From positions 8,000,001 to 8,064,000 of the forward strand of contig NC_087250.1 of the NCBI RefSeq assembly GCF_037042905.1: DNA of 64,000 nucleotides, written 5' to 3'. This document shows, in pieces, positions 51,591 through 63,528 of the stretch. This stretch comes from Lytechinus pictus (Eukaryota). The position numbers were made by a program, and so were the translations under genes. How positions within the stretch are numbered: position 1 is the first letter of the stretch; every line of letters starts with the position of its first letter. The notes below the pieces were generated by a model, which had not been told where the DNA came from, did not search any database, and saw only the letters and a list, made by a program, of their open reading frames with translations.

Positions 51591-52806
51591 ATCCACTTCA
51601 CAATTTTCCTACGATGCTTGAAATAGTGCTTAAATTGACCGTCTTCAGATCGCCATAATTTTTTTTCAGCTCGCGCTTTATTGATTTTCATAATAAAAGA
51701 AATGTATCTAGAATGCCCAGATTCTAGGTCTAAATCTCAAAAACACGCAGTTTGTTCTTTACTCAAAACGCGCTTGAATTATCCAGTTTCAAAATTTCAA
51801 AAATTTTCTTCTCGCGCTTCGCGTTCGCATTATTCATGTCATAGTCATCCTTTTGTGATTTACGAAACATGAATAGTGTGTCCCGTTTTAGGTCTCGATC
51901 TCATTTTTTTCGCTTGCGCTTCACGCTCGCATGAGATGTTTAGTAATATACCTATTCTGTATACGATTACAAAGAGTGCTTAGAATGTCAAATTTTTAGG
52001 TCAAAATGTCATAAATTTTCAGCTCGCGCTTCGCGTTCGCATTATTTGATTGTTGAAATACATGTAGATCTAGGCCTAAGCTGGATCTAATTTACATTCT
52101 AGGTACTCAATGGTAGCGTAGATCTAGATCTAGGCCTAGAATCTAAATGCAATTTCCACATTTTACAGAAACAGAATGCCCTACAAAGCCCTGAAAAACT
52201 CAATAAGAGACCCTGACATTCCCAAAGGCCCGTATTCTGAAGTCAGGTTTCACTTAGACCATGGTCTAACTCTGTGCTAAAATTATGGTGAGCTAAAGAC
52301 CAGAAAAATTCTGCTCATATTGTATATTTCTTATATTTACTATTTTGTTTCCCTTTGCTTTCATAATGAAGAAAAATACTTTACGTTATCATTCTGAGAG
52401 AGTTATCAATGATTTGAGTGTCATAAGAGTTAATAAATTGAACATGTACTAATAGAGAATTGTGCCCCAATTGGCTCTCCATAGTTAAACTACAACTTTA
52501 AACCAGGGTTTAATCCAAAACCGAGTTCAGAATACGGGCCATAGGGTCTAATATAAATTGTAATTACAATGAAGCAAAATTGGACCGGTGAGCTTTAAAA
52601 AAAGCCCCAGGAAAAAAAAAATTATCAGGTGCATCTACGCACACTGATCATGAATTGAGCAGTGCCTAAACATTTGCTCTGGCTACAATTGCTCCGGGCT
52701 TGATTTCCTCTAAGATATAGGGTTAGGGTTGCAATGGGGTTTATGTTAGGTTTAGGGTAGGGTATAGTGTTAAATCCAGGGTTGAAGTTGGTCATGTGAA
52801 AATAGT

Positions 52807-53210
52807 TTGTGGAATTTTAAGATACTTTTACTGGTGTTTAAAGCATTGAATGGCCCAGTCCGTAGTTATCTTTCAGAATTGCTTTCCTTGAAACTGCCAT
52901 CAACCTCACACAACCTGCAAAGTGATAAGGATAGATTCCTGTTGAAAATACCATACTCTAAGACCGAAGCAACTCTTGGAGACTATGCAGCTCAGAAACT
53001 GTGGAACCAACATCCCCTTAGAATTAGAATGGCCCAATTCATACCTGCTTTCAAAACATTATTGAATACACATCGGTGCAGTAGAGTGTTTAAGTAGATC
53101 ATCATCTTTTTTTAGTAAGTACATGTAGTATGAGCGATAGGAGTAACCAAAGCGCAGTAGAGTATATCTATATAGTGCCTGCGCTATACAAATTTATAAT
53201 ATTACTATTT
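52807..53210 (+). mobile_element. L2/CR1-group LINE 3' fragment
   Basis: FKILLLVFKALNG....YLSELL...A.KLWN..P..IR......FK..L.TH C-terminal motif; gcgctatacaaat tail. A shorter fragment lies at ~60020-60135. Confidence 0.8.
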
Positions 53211-53711
53211 ACGACGGAGCAATTGTAGCCCAACATTTAGAACCTTGCCAATAATACATTGACTTCAATGGGGCTAATTACGTACTCATGAGGGCATATC
53301 TCAAACCCCCATGGACCGATTCCCACCAAATTTGCATAGTAGAAGTATTTCATCATGTTCTTTTGAAATATGGTATCAAAAATGCTGAAATGCAAAACAA
53401 GTTTTTTATGTCATCATTCCTGAGCCCTGTCTTACAAAGAGTTACGATTGATCCAATCAATCGTAACTCTATGGAAGTCCATCAGTGTCATAATTTTTTC
53501 TGCAGGAAATCTGCAAAACGTCCTCTGTAAACGAAGGAGAACACACCGAATTGTCAAGAAATCAATGAATTAATGGATATATCTAGAAATTTTGTTAAAC
53601 AAGCATGCATTTTATATGTTGACGTTGCTGGCCGTCCATAGTGGCGATTGATCAGATCAATCGTAACTCTCTGCAAGACGGGGCAGTACTCTATTGTGAC
53701 AAGGTGGATAC

Positions 53712-53927
53712 CTAGTAACCTCTCTTGCTGTCTATCTTATCAAACCTTTCCTGAAGCGACTGCATCTGCTGCTTCAGTTCCTGCATGCTGCTCATGGTCT
53801 CCAGTTGTTCTATCTTCGAGTCTATCGCATTCTCGGACAGCATTATCAGTTTGTTCCTCATGTCGCTGATGTTTACGGCCATGTCTTCGATCTTCATCTC
53901 CGTTGTTTTTGTGAACTGCACGCTTCC
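53712..53927 (-). CDS. TRPA-like last coding exon (coiled coil ...ELKQQMQSLQERFDKIDSKRGY*)
   Basis: ttctag|GGA; heptad-like composition; TAG at 53714-53712. Confidence 0.75.
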   Translation of the reverse strand, partial: GSVQFTKTTEMKIEDMAVNISDMRNKLIMLSENAIDSKIEQLETMSSMQELKQQMQSLQERFDKIDSKRGY

Positions 53928-56900
53928 CTAGAAATTGCAACGTATATTAATAGAAGCCATTATCATTACAATCAATGATATGATAATGGTATGTGTAATA
54001 TGGTATATCGCTACTGTAAGAGTTTGTGCATGGTCGGATAAACGAGACACGATGTTAGATTCGCCTTAGAAATGTCATCTTTCTGAGATCACTTATGAGT
54101 AGCTGTAAGAACCCAAATGACATATCAGCCTGATTCCTAACATTTAGAACCAGGCCAATAATACACTGACTTTAATGGGGCTAATTATGTATTCATGAGG
54201 TCATATCTTGGGGCCCCATGGACCGATTCCCGCCAAATTGGGTTGTGGAGGGTTTTCATCATGCTCTACCAAAATACATGTATGGCATCATAAACGTTGA
54301 TATTAAAAAATGTGAAAATTGATGACATCACACTTCGGTACTCTATGGTATGTGTAACGGTAAATTGTCACTTGGTCTACTACGTAGTGGTATGTGTAAT
54401 GGTAAAATGTCACTTGGTCTACTACGTAGTGGTATGTGTAATGGTAAATTGTCACTTGGTCTACTATGTAATGGTATGTGTAATGGTAAATTGTCACTTG
54501 GTCTACTATGTAATGGTATGTGTAATGGTAAAATGTCACTTGGTCTACTACGTAGTGGTATGTGTAATGGTAAAATGTCACTTGGTCTACTACGTAGTGG
54601 TATGTGTAATGGTAAATTGTCACTTGGTCTACTACGTAATGGTATGTGTAATGGTAAAATGTCACTTGGTCTACTACGTAGTGGTATGTTTAATGGCAAA
54701 TTGTCACTTGGTCTACTACGTAGTGGTACATGTATGTGTAATGGAAAATTGTCACTTGGTCTACTATGTAGTGGTATGTGTAATGGTAAATTGTCACTTG
54801 GTCTACTACATGTACGCAGTGGTATGTGTAATGGTAAATTGTCACGTGGTGTACTACGTAGTGGTATGTGTAATGGTAAATTGTCACTTGGTCTACTACG
54901 TAGTGGTATGTGTAATGGTAAAATGTCACTTGGTCTACTACGTAGTGGTATGTGTAATGGTAAATGGTCACTTGGTCTACTACGTAGTGGTATGTGTAAT
55001 GGTAAATTGTCACTTGGTCTACTACGTAGTGGTATGTGTAATGGTAAATTGTCACTTGGTCTACTACATGTACGTAGTGGTATGTGTAATGGTAAATTGT
55101 CACTTGGTCTACTACGTAGTGGTATGTGTAATGGTAAATTGTCACGTGGTCTACTACGTAGTGGTATGTGTAATGGTAAATTGTCACGTGGTCTACTACG
55201 TAGTGGTATGTGTAATGGTAAATTGTCACTTGGTCTACTACGTAGTGGTATGTGTAATGGTAAATTGTCACTTGGTCTACTACGTAGTGGAATGTGTAAT
55301 GGTAAATTGTCACTTGGTCTACTACATGTACGTAGTGGAATGTGTAATGGTAAATTGTCACTTGGTCTACTACGTAGTGGTATGTGTAATGGTAAATTGT
55401 CACGTGGTCTACTACGTAGTGGTATGTGTAATGGTAAATTGTCACGTGGTCTACTACGTAGTGGTATGTGTAATGGTAAATTGTCACTTGGTCTACTACG
55501 TAGTGGTATGTGTAATGGTAAATTGTCACTTGGTCTACTACGTAGTGGTATGTGTAATGGTAAATTGTCACTTGGTCTACTACGTAGTGGTATGTGTAAT
55601 GGTAAATTGTCACTTGGTCTACTACGTAGTGGTATGTGTAATGGTAAAATGTCACGTGATCTTCTACGTAGTGGTATGTGTAATGGTAAATTGTCACGTG
55701 GTCTACTACGTAGTGGTATGTGTAATGGTAAATTGTCACTTGGTCTACTACCTAGTGGTATGTGTAATGGTAAATTGTCACGTGATCTTCTACGTAGTGG
55801 TATGTGTAATGGTTAATTGTCACGTGATCTTCTACGTAGTGGTATGTGTAATGGTAAATTGTCACGTGGTCTACTACGTAGTGGTATGTGTAATGGTAAA
55901 TTGTCACTTGGTCTACTACCTTGTGGTATGTGTAATGGTAAATTGTCACTTGGTCTACTACGTAATGGTATGTGTAATGGTAAATTGTTACTTGGTCTAC
56001 TACGTAGTGGTATGTGTAATGGTAAATTGTCACTTGGTCTACTACGTAGTGGTATGTGTCACTACTACGTAATGGTAAATTGTCACTTGGTCTACTATGT
56101 AGTGGTATGTGTAATGGTAAATTGTCACTTGGTCTACTACGTAGTGGTATGTGTCACTACTACGTAATGGTGAATTGTCATTTGGTCCACACCCACTTTG
56201 TCTACTTTCCGTTTGTACATGTATACTTCCCCTTAATGGCAAAACATGTATGTCATATAATAATGGTATGCACACTGGTAAATTGTCACTTGGTCTACTA
56301 TGGTAATGGTATGTGTAATGGTAAATTGCCAGCTGGTCTAAACCCATTCTGTCTACTGTTCTTTTGGTGTAATTGCACATGTTCTTATCCTAGTTCATCT
56401 ACAACCAGTACGTCTACTAACCATCTAGTCTAATTGTCATTTAGCCCATTTGCCCTTTTGTCTAATTTTAAGTTACATATAGGATATTACCATTTTCACT
56501 ATTAGCCATTTGGTCTAACACCATTTACATTTAGCATATATAATTAGATCAAATTTTCAATTGAAAAAGTTACCTATAACAGTAACTTTTATGCAACGGG
56601 GCCCAGGCAGTGGATGGCATAAGAAAAAAAAATTGCTTTACCGTTTTCTCCAGTTCTTCCAGAAAGGCGACGAGCTGATCGTGAATCTCTTTGTAACCAA
56701 TGGCTTTGTAGTAGAGCTTGTGCATGGGTGAGATCTCGGTTCGGATGCTTTTGACCTGGTCTCGTAGGACACTGTGCTTCCAAAGCAAGATCACGGAGTT
56801 GTCCTGCACATCCAGGATGCCTTTGGCCTAGGGTGGGATGATATTATGATGGGCAGAGGTATTCAAATATGGTTCTATACATGTGGTCCTATGAAAATTG

Positions 56901-59900
56901 CTCCTAAAGAATATCCACACATTAAGCCAAACAATCCCTTACTTCAAACCTTACCTTAACTTGAAGGCCGTCACATCGTTCCTTGCAAGCCTTGCAGCTG
57001 GTTGCCCGCTACTCACCCACAAAAAAGTTTTGAGCATGTTCAAAACTTTTCCGCATGCAAATTAGACTTGCGTGTGCTTCTGTGAGATACGTGCGAGATA
57101 CTGTTAATGCAGGTGACCTGCTGGTAGCAAAAATAGTTACACACAAGGCTTTCACGGTGACAGGGCCTTTATTTTAATCCTAATCATGATTCTAAACCCA
57201 ATCCCTGTGAAAAAAATTTTGACAAAAAATACTAACCGACACCATAAATCTTTAGACAAATTAGCAGAGGAGCAAATGCTGTCCTAACATACATATACAT
57301 ACATGCATTTCATTTGATTAATATAATTAAAAAAAAAATTAGTTTGTGAAAAACCTACTTAGTGACACCCTTTACTGTGTCGACACTACCCCTGTTAAAC
57401 AGAGTCAGTCTTCTTTGCTCCATAGTTAAGAAGTGAAATTGCTGATTGTTGGTAGACTACTGTGCTGATCAGACCTTTCGCATCCGGGATCCAAAGGGGA
57501 ATGAACTTTACAACAAAAAATGGGGCCTTGACACAAGACTAGCACAAATACAACTTAAAATGAGATGATCTTTCTGTGCATAAGTCCCAGTCAGAGACTT
57601 TAAACTGAATATTCAGACCACTCTTCTTGAGTGAAGGTTTGCACAGAAAACTAGCCCACCCCCATTTTGAAGTTTGTCTGCAAAAGGCCAGTTAAAAATA
57701 GGGTTACTGGTTCGATGTAAAGAGGAGAAAAACCTAATTCAGATGAAAGAAAAATATTCTTACCTCCAGTGTACGTTTGTACATTTTGGCCTTCTTCTGA
57801 ATAATCTCAATGTCGTACACAGCTAAACCAGTCTGTAACAGAAAGAAAACACTATAAAGATGAAATAATTCCACTTTCAAACACTTCAATTTAAAAGAAG
57901 GAGTATATGACCACATACCTTAAACCAACAAAAATTATATAATTGATCTTCAAAAGCAAAAATTAGAAAGTGGGCTCATCTGAAAGTGTAACTGTTAATC
58001 TCGCTCTTCATACTGTGAAAATTTGAACATAGTTGAATAAAAGACAAGAAACAAGAGTTTCTTTGACACCATTATGTGGACTGCTTGGAAGATTGCAGAG
58101 CGTACATCAAATGTTTGAGTGAACGCCCAGCTTTGAACTTTTAAAAAAGTTTTTCCTTGTTATTTGAAGCTCTCACTGAATTTCTTGCTCATTCAATCAA
58201 GTACCGTACCCAAATATACAGGGCCCACATCAATATTAAGTCAAGAGTTAGACTCCTTACCAGCAGGTTCGTGATGAGTATCGGCATGAAGATAATGAAC
58301 AAGAAGAAGATGATGTGCGTAGAGGCTGGGTAGAAGACCATGTTTGTAAAGTCGATGGAAGCCACGGGCTGGTAGAGGTAGTCCAGGGAATGAAAGACCG
58401 TGTCAAAGTTGAGCTCTCCCGTGGCCATACCCAATATCTTAGCTATGGAGTTCCCCATTGTGTGGAAAGGATCCTGGCAAAGGAATCATTGAAAATATAT
58501 ATACAATTAAGTAAATAATGATAATATCAATATACGTTTACATAGAGCTTAAAGGCTAAAGAAAATTGCAGCGAACAATTATTTCATAGGAAAGCTTTCA
58601 AAATTGAGGCTTATTACTATCATAGATCTAGATCTGGTACATTGAAATGGACTTTGTGAAATCATGAAATCTTAGCTGAAAACCGATAATTGTGTTGATC
58701 GCTAACACAGAAAAGCACATGTGGGACAGTGTATTAATATTGCTTGAAAAAATACGAATCCTGGACCTTGTGGTTCAAAGTCCAGAAACTTATCCCCTGA
58801 GCCACAACACCCCTACGTTAAAATCCATTCAGCCTCCGCAGAGCTATAAATTAACAACCTGGCTTTCAAAAGGGTATTGAGATTTCCAAGTACATCAATC
58901 GTGGAATGTCGAATGTGAAAGCCTCTGTAGCATGCCGAGCAATCAAGCCTTGGAACTCTTGATGGAATGCTCCCCAGGGAGTGGAGAATGTGCATACATT
59001 CAACAAGTCTGGTGTTGGCGTTGGAAGCACAATTTGGATTGGTTTCCCTAGCTCCAAAACCTATTCTGAGTTAGTTAAACTGAGCCAGATTGCATTATTG
59101 ATACCTCAACAACTAGTGAGTAACTTTTCAGGACCATCTTCATTTTGTGTTTGGTGTTATACTCGTGTAAAAATTGACCTAACACCAACACCAAAAGGTC
59201 ATGTCCGGGGTAATAATAATTGCAATGTAAAGCGTTTAGAAACAAAGTGTAATAAGCACTATATAAATGTAACTGTTATTATTATTCACCAATTTCCATT
59301 CATGTTGGCAGGAGGAAGGACGTTAGCTCCTGCCGACATTATTCATTTTTTCGTAGCACATGCTTGAGGTAAATCCATTAAGCTACATGTAGCTGTACAA
59401 TAATTGAAAATCCAAGCGCATGTGCAACCTACTAAACTTCTGCAAGCCAGAAAAGATTTTTCATAAATTTTTACCTGGTTCAAGAATCTTGGAGAACCAA
59501 TCTCGACTAGCACTAACTTTTGGTTTTCCTTTTAACAACAATCCCCCCTTTTTGTGTACTGTTAATAAGAGAATTTTCTTCAATAGCTTACCAATATTGA
59601 CATTTGTTAATTTAAATTTCATGGCAACTTCTTTGTTTCCATTGTTTAAGAAATCAACCAAATTATACATAATGTTCAATGTACAATACATACATGTACA
59701 GATGATATGATCGGGAATTATTGATTCGTTGATTAAATTTTGTATACAATGTACTTTGTTAATAATGTTGGAATATGCTCGGTATTTGTGTTTGTATTTT
59801 GACAATGTCATGAATTATGTGTAAATTTGTATTATGTAGTTGTTGTTGTCGTTGATAAATTCACATTCAATAAATTTTTACCTGGTTCAAGAGAAGAATG

Positions 59901-62900
59901 CAGAAAACAACAGCAAAGGCCAGGATGAAAATACCAACCACAAAGATGAAGTTCAGAAGAGTTGATAGCACCTCTGTTTAGGGGGAGATTAAACAAAAAA
60001 TCATATATAAAGGAGCAATCATCTATGCAGGGCCCTCGCTATGGAATTCCCTCCCACGAGAGATCCGTATTAGCAAGTGTGTCGAAGCATTTAAGATCAA
60101 GCTAAAAACTCACCTCTCTAACTCATTTTATCAATGAAGATTCTCTGTTATTTGTTATTTTGTTAGCTTCTCCTTCACTTGTGTGCCTTGAGCATCTCTA
60201 CTCACTCCAGCACTTTCCAAAAGGGGGGGGGGGGGACACATTTTTCAGACGAAAATTTGAAGGTCATTTCGTCCATGTAAAATTTAGAAAAAAAGGTGTA
60301 TGAACGACATAGTCCCATTGATATGTGACTTTCAAAATGGGGGGCGGGGCACACTTGTGTAAGAACGGCATATTTACATTACAAATTTTGATTATGGCTC
60401 TCAAAAGGGGGGAGGGGGGAAGGGTGGGGGCACAGGTCGGATATGCCCCCCTGGATCTGCCACTGCACTAAGGTGTAACACCGATCAGTAATTTGAAAAG
60501 AAAGACGTCTTACCGAGGAACATGAATATGTATAGACCAAAGAATGGGACGGTCTGCAGGAAAAGGATAAAGTTGAACCAGGTCAGAAACACTGCGAATG
60601 CACCCAGCTGCCATTGCCAATCCTGCAAAAAAAGGGAAAGAAATAAAGAAATTAAGGTTCTTCAAGTTCTTCAAGCTACACTGACTGCCTCCTTCAATCC
60701 TAAAGATTCTTGCAGTATTGTACCAGGGACCGGCAGGTGCAATACACCGGGTGAACACCCTACTCTCTGACGAATAGTGTATTGGTTTTAACATGCATAG
60801 GTTGTGACTCTCCTATACACGCGACCAACATTTGCGTCCTTTCGGATGGATGGAGTGTTTTCCAACTGCATTCTCACCCGCACTAAACACAGCGGTGAGG
60901 CACGTAAACACACAATGCTAGCATCAGTTTTTTTGTTAGACGTCTTCCAGCATGCTGCGGGACTCGAACCCACGCACGTCTACGATCTTATCCGGAAAAG
61001 GCGCTCTAACCGACTGAGCTACGCTGCCTCCCTAAGGTGATATACATGAATTGTGAAACAGCAAATTTGGCTAATAACAGGGTTCCCGGCTTTTCAAGAA
61101 AACAAACTTCCCTGATATTTCCCTGATTTTTTCGCTGATGAAGTTTAAAAATTCCCTGATAATTATTTAAACCCATTAGCAGTTTCGCATGTTTTCTAAG
61201 TTGTTACAGGAAATTACTTTTTTTTAGTATAAAAACAATCATGTAAAACTAATTAGTACCACCATAACCAGTCATTCAATGGATGTTGCTTTGATATGCA
61301 ACAAAATATAATAGAGTCTGACTGACTACCGTGCTTTCAACTTTTGGGCTGATCAAAATTCCCTGATTTTTCCCTCATTTGAGGCACTTTTCCCTGGTTT
61401 GAGGTATTTTTCATCAAATTCTTGGTTTATACTTTTTCCTTGATTTCCCTGATAGGCTGGGAATCCTGTAATAAGCAAGTAGCTCACAAGAAACTTTTCT
61501 CTCGAACTTTCCCATCTTGAATAAGGATAAGCACTACACTTTTAAAATGAAATTTTTACATGAAGATTCATCTTGGTTTGGTGCCCGATCAAAATAGAAT
61601 ATCTGCATGGTTTTTATTTTCCTTTTGATATAAAAGTTACTGAATTGTTGCCTGTGGTTTCTGATATCCAATTGCTGAATTTGTAAAATAATAGCTCATA
61701 AAGTCCTCTTTCAAAGAAATGAGCGGGTACCATGTACAAAACATTCCAAATTTTTAATTATACCATTCGGAAAAAAAAAATTAATGGCCACTCTACATTT
61801 GTAAGACTTTAAAGTTAGATTTACGTTCTTGAACCTTTACCAATAGCAGGCTTTAAGAAAGAAGTTCTTACCAGTTTATAAACTTGATCCCATAGTCATA
61901 TGTCTTAAGAATGATGTAAAGACCGGTTAAAACTTGACCCTACAGCCATGTTTTAAGAATGAGGTACTGACATGTTTGAAATTTACCCCATAGCCATAGG
62001 TCTTAGGAATGAAGTTTTGACCATATTAAATTTCACTCCATAGCCAGATGTCTAATAATAAACAAGTACTGACCAGTTTGAACTTGACCCCATGGCCATA
62101 TGTCTTAATAAACAAGTACTGACCGGTTTGAACTTGACCCCATGGCCATATGTCTAATAATAAACAAGTACTGACCGGATTGAACTTGACCCCATGGCCA
62201 TATGTCTAATAATAAACAAGTACTGACCGGTTTGAACTTGACCCCATGGCCATATGTCTTCATAAACAACTACTGACCAGTTTGAACTTGACCCCATGGC
62301 CATATGTCTTAATAAACAAGTACTGACCGGTTTGAACTCGACCCCATGGCCATTTGTCTTCATAAACAAGGACTGACCGGTTTGAACTTGACCCCATGGC
62401 CATATGTCTTAATTAACAAGTACTGACCGGTTTGAACTTGACCCCATGGCCATATGTCTTTCATAAACAAGTACTGACCAGTTTGAACTTGACCCCATGG
62501 CCATATGTCTAATAATAAACAAGGACTGACCAGTTTGAACTTGACCCCATGGCCATATGTCTTTCATAAACAAGTACTGACCAGTTTGAACTTGACCCCA
62601 TGGCCATATGTCTTATAATAAACAAGTACTGACCGGTTAAAACTTGACCCCATGGCCATATGTCTAATAATAAACAAGTACTGACCGGTTTGAACATGAC
62701 CCCGTGGCCATATGTCTTATAATAAACAAGTACTGACCGGTATGAACTTGACCCCATGGCCATATGTCTTCATAATCTACTGACCGGTTTGAACTTGACC
62801 CCATGGCCATTATCTTAATAAACAACTACTGACTGGTTTGAACTTGACCCCATAGCCAGATGTGTAGTAATAAACAAGTACTGACTGGTTTGAACTTGAC

Positions 62901-63143
62901 CCCATGGCCATATGCCTTAATATACAAGTACGGACCAGTTTGAACTTGACTCCATGGCCATATGTTTAATAATAAACAAGTACTGACCGGTTTGAACTTG
63001 ACCCCATGGCCATATGTCCATTCACCAAGGCCCGGTATGATGAAGAGGATGATGAAAATAAGAAGGGCCATCTCTCGAACAATGCTGGCTAATCCGCGGA
63101 TGGAGTTCAACGACGAGTGTCTGTAGATCCACACACGGTAAGC
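53712..63143 (-). CDS. TRPA-family (TRPA1-like) cation channel, 3' part: S3-S6, pore, TRP-like helix, C-terminal coiled coil (7 exons; 5' exons beyond the window end)
   Basis: Exons 63143-62988, 60622-60514, 59973-59882, 58473-58261, 57832-57764, 56827-56642, 53927-53712 join in phase. WQWQLGAFAVFLTWFNFILFL, NQDPF..., GELNF and MPILITNLLTGLAVYDI..IQKKA match the recalled TRPA1 S4-S6 pattern (QWQCGAIAV..W.NFLLYL; NLLIGLAVGDI). Confidence 0.88.
54345..56330. repeat. 42-bp minisatellite, more than 40 units, in a TRPA-like intron
   Basis: Unit ggtatgtgtaatggtaaattgtcacttggtctactacgtagt. Confidence 0.97.
56642..56827 (-). CDS. TRPA-like C-terminal exon (AKGILDVQDN...LEELEKT)
   Basis: ctag|GCC, ACG|gtaaag; 186 nt open, phase 0/0. 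Confidence 0.75.
57764..57832 (-). CDS. TRPA-like exon (TGLAVYDIEIIQKKAKMYKRTLE)
   Basis: acag|ACT, GAG|gtaaga. Confidence 0.9.
58261..58473 (-). CDS. TRPA-like exon (pore helix, filter GELNF, S6)
   Basis: ccag|GAT, CTG|gtaagg. Confidence 0.92.
59882..59973 (-). CDS. TRPA-like exon (S5; EVLSTLLNFIFVVGIFILAFAVVFCILLLNQ)
   Basis: acag|AG, CAG|gtaaaa. Confidence 0.9.
60514..60622 (-). CDS. TRPA-like exon (S4; DWQWQLGAFAVFLTWFNFILFLQTVPFFGLYIFMFL)
   Basis: ttgcag|GAT, TCG|gtaaga; reading frame differs from the ORF-track call. Confidence 0.9.
60760..61032 (-). mobile_element. tRNA-derived SINE-like element
   Basis: On the minus strand gtagctcagtcggttagagcg ... ggttcgagtccc; no proper anticodon or acceptor stem. 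Confidence 0.65.
61870..63018 (-). repeat. About 50-bp minisatellite (about 20 units) made of TRPA-like exon 3' end + donor
   Basis: Unit ataaacaagtactgaccggtttgaacttgaccccatggccatatgtct; degenerates toward 61870. Confidence 0.95.
62988..63143 (-). CDS. TRPA-like exon (S3 region; ...REMALLIFIILFIIPGLGEWTYGHGVKFKP)
   Basis: atag|GCT; the phase-0 donor CCG|gtcagt lies in the first unit of the minisatellite; hydrophobic helix. Confidence 0.7.
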
Positions 63144-63528
63144 CTATATGCAAGAATCATTATTACATGTACATGTACATTACATGCCATTATATTAGCT
63201 TGTTCAATTAATAAAATATTCAATTATTCAAATAATAAATTATTTCTAATATTAAATAAGTAAAAATGTTTGATAATTGAAATGTGTAATATTTTAAATG
63301 TTTATTGACACAAAAAGTTTAATCCTAAAATAGCAGGGGTGGATCCAGGATTTTCCAAAAAGGGGACACATTATCCCGAGGAAAAATTTGACAAGCAAAA
63401 AACAAGGCAAAAGCAATTATGTGTCTCGCCCGCTTATGAAAATAACCAGAAATATCGTGATTCGCGAGGGCACGCAACAGAATTGTATCGAAACTTCATC
63501 GTGAAATGACTGGGATGGAGTAACACTT

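Noticed and set aside
54297..56167. 591, 488 and 349 aa ORFs as real proteins
   Set aside because: They are translations of a 42-bp tandem repeat inside an intron; a stop-free unit divisible by three yields long ORFs automatically.
57355..57510. Possible extra TRPA-like exon
   Set aside because: Frames tried from the candidate acceptor hit stops, and the flanking exons already join in phase without it.
60510..60794. ORF-track 94-aa minus-strand protein
   Set aside because: Wrong frame; the TRPA S4 sequence is in another frame within 60514-60622.
61870..63018. CRISPR-like appearance of the regular arrays (also 4445-5220 and 54345-56330)
   Set aside because: There are no unique spacers and no cas genes, and the context is spliced eukaryotic genes.
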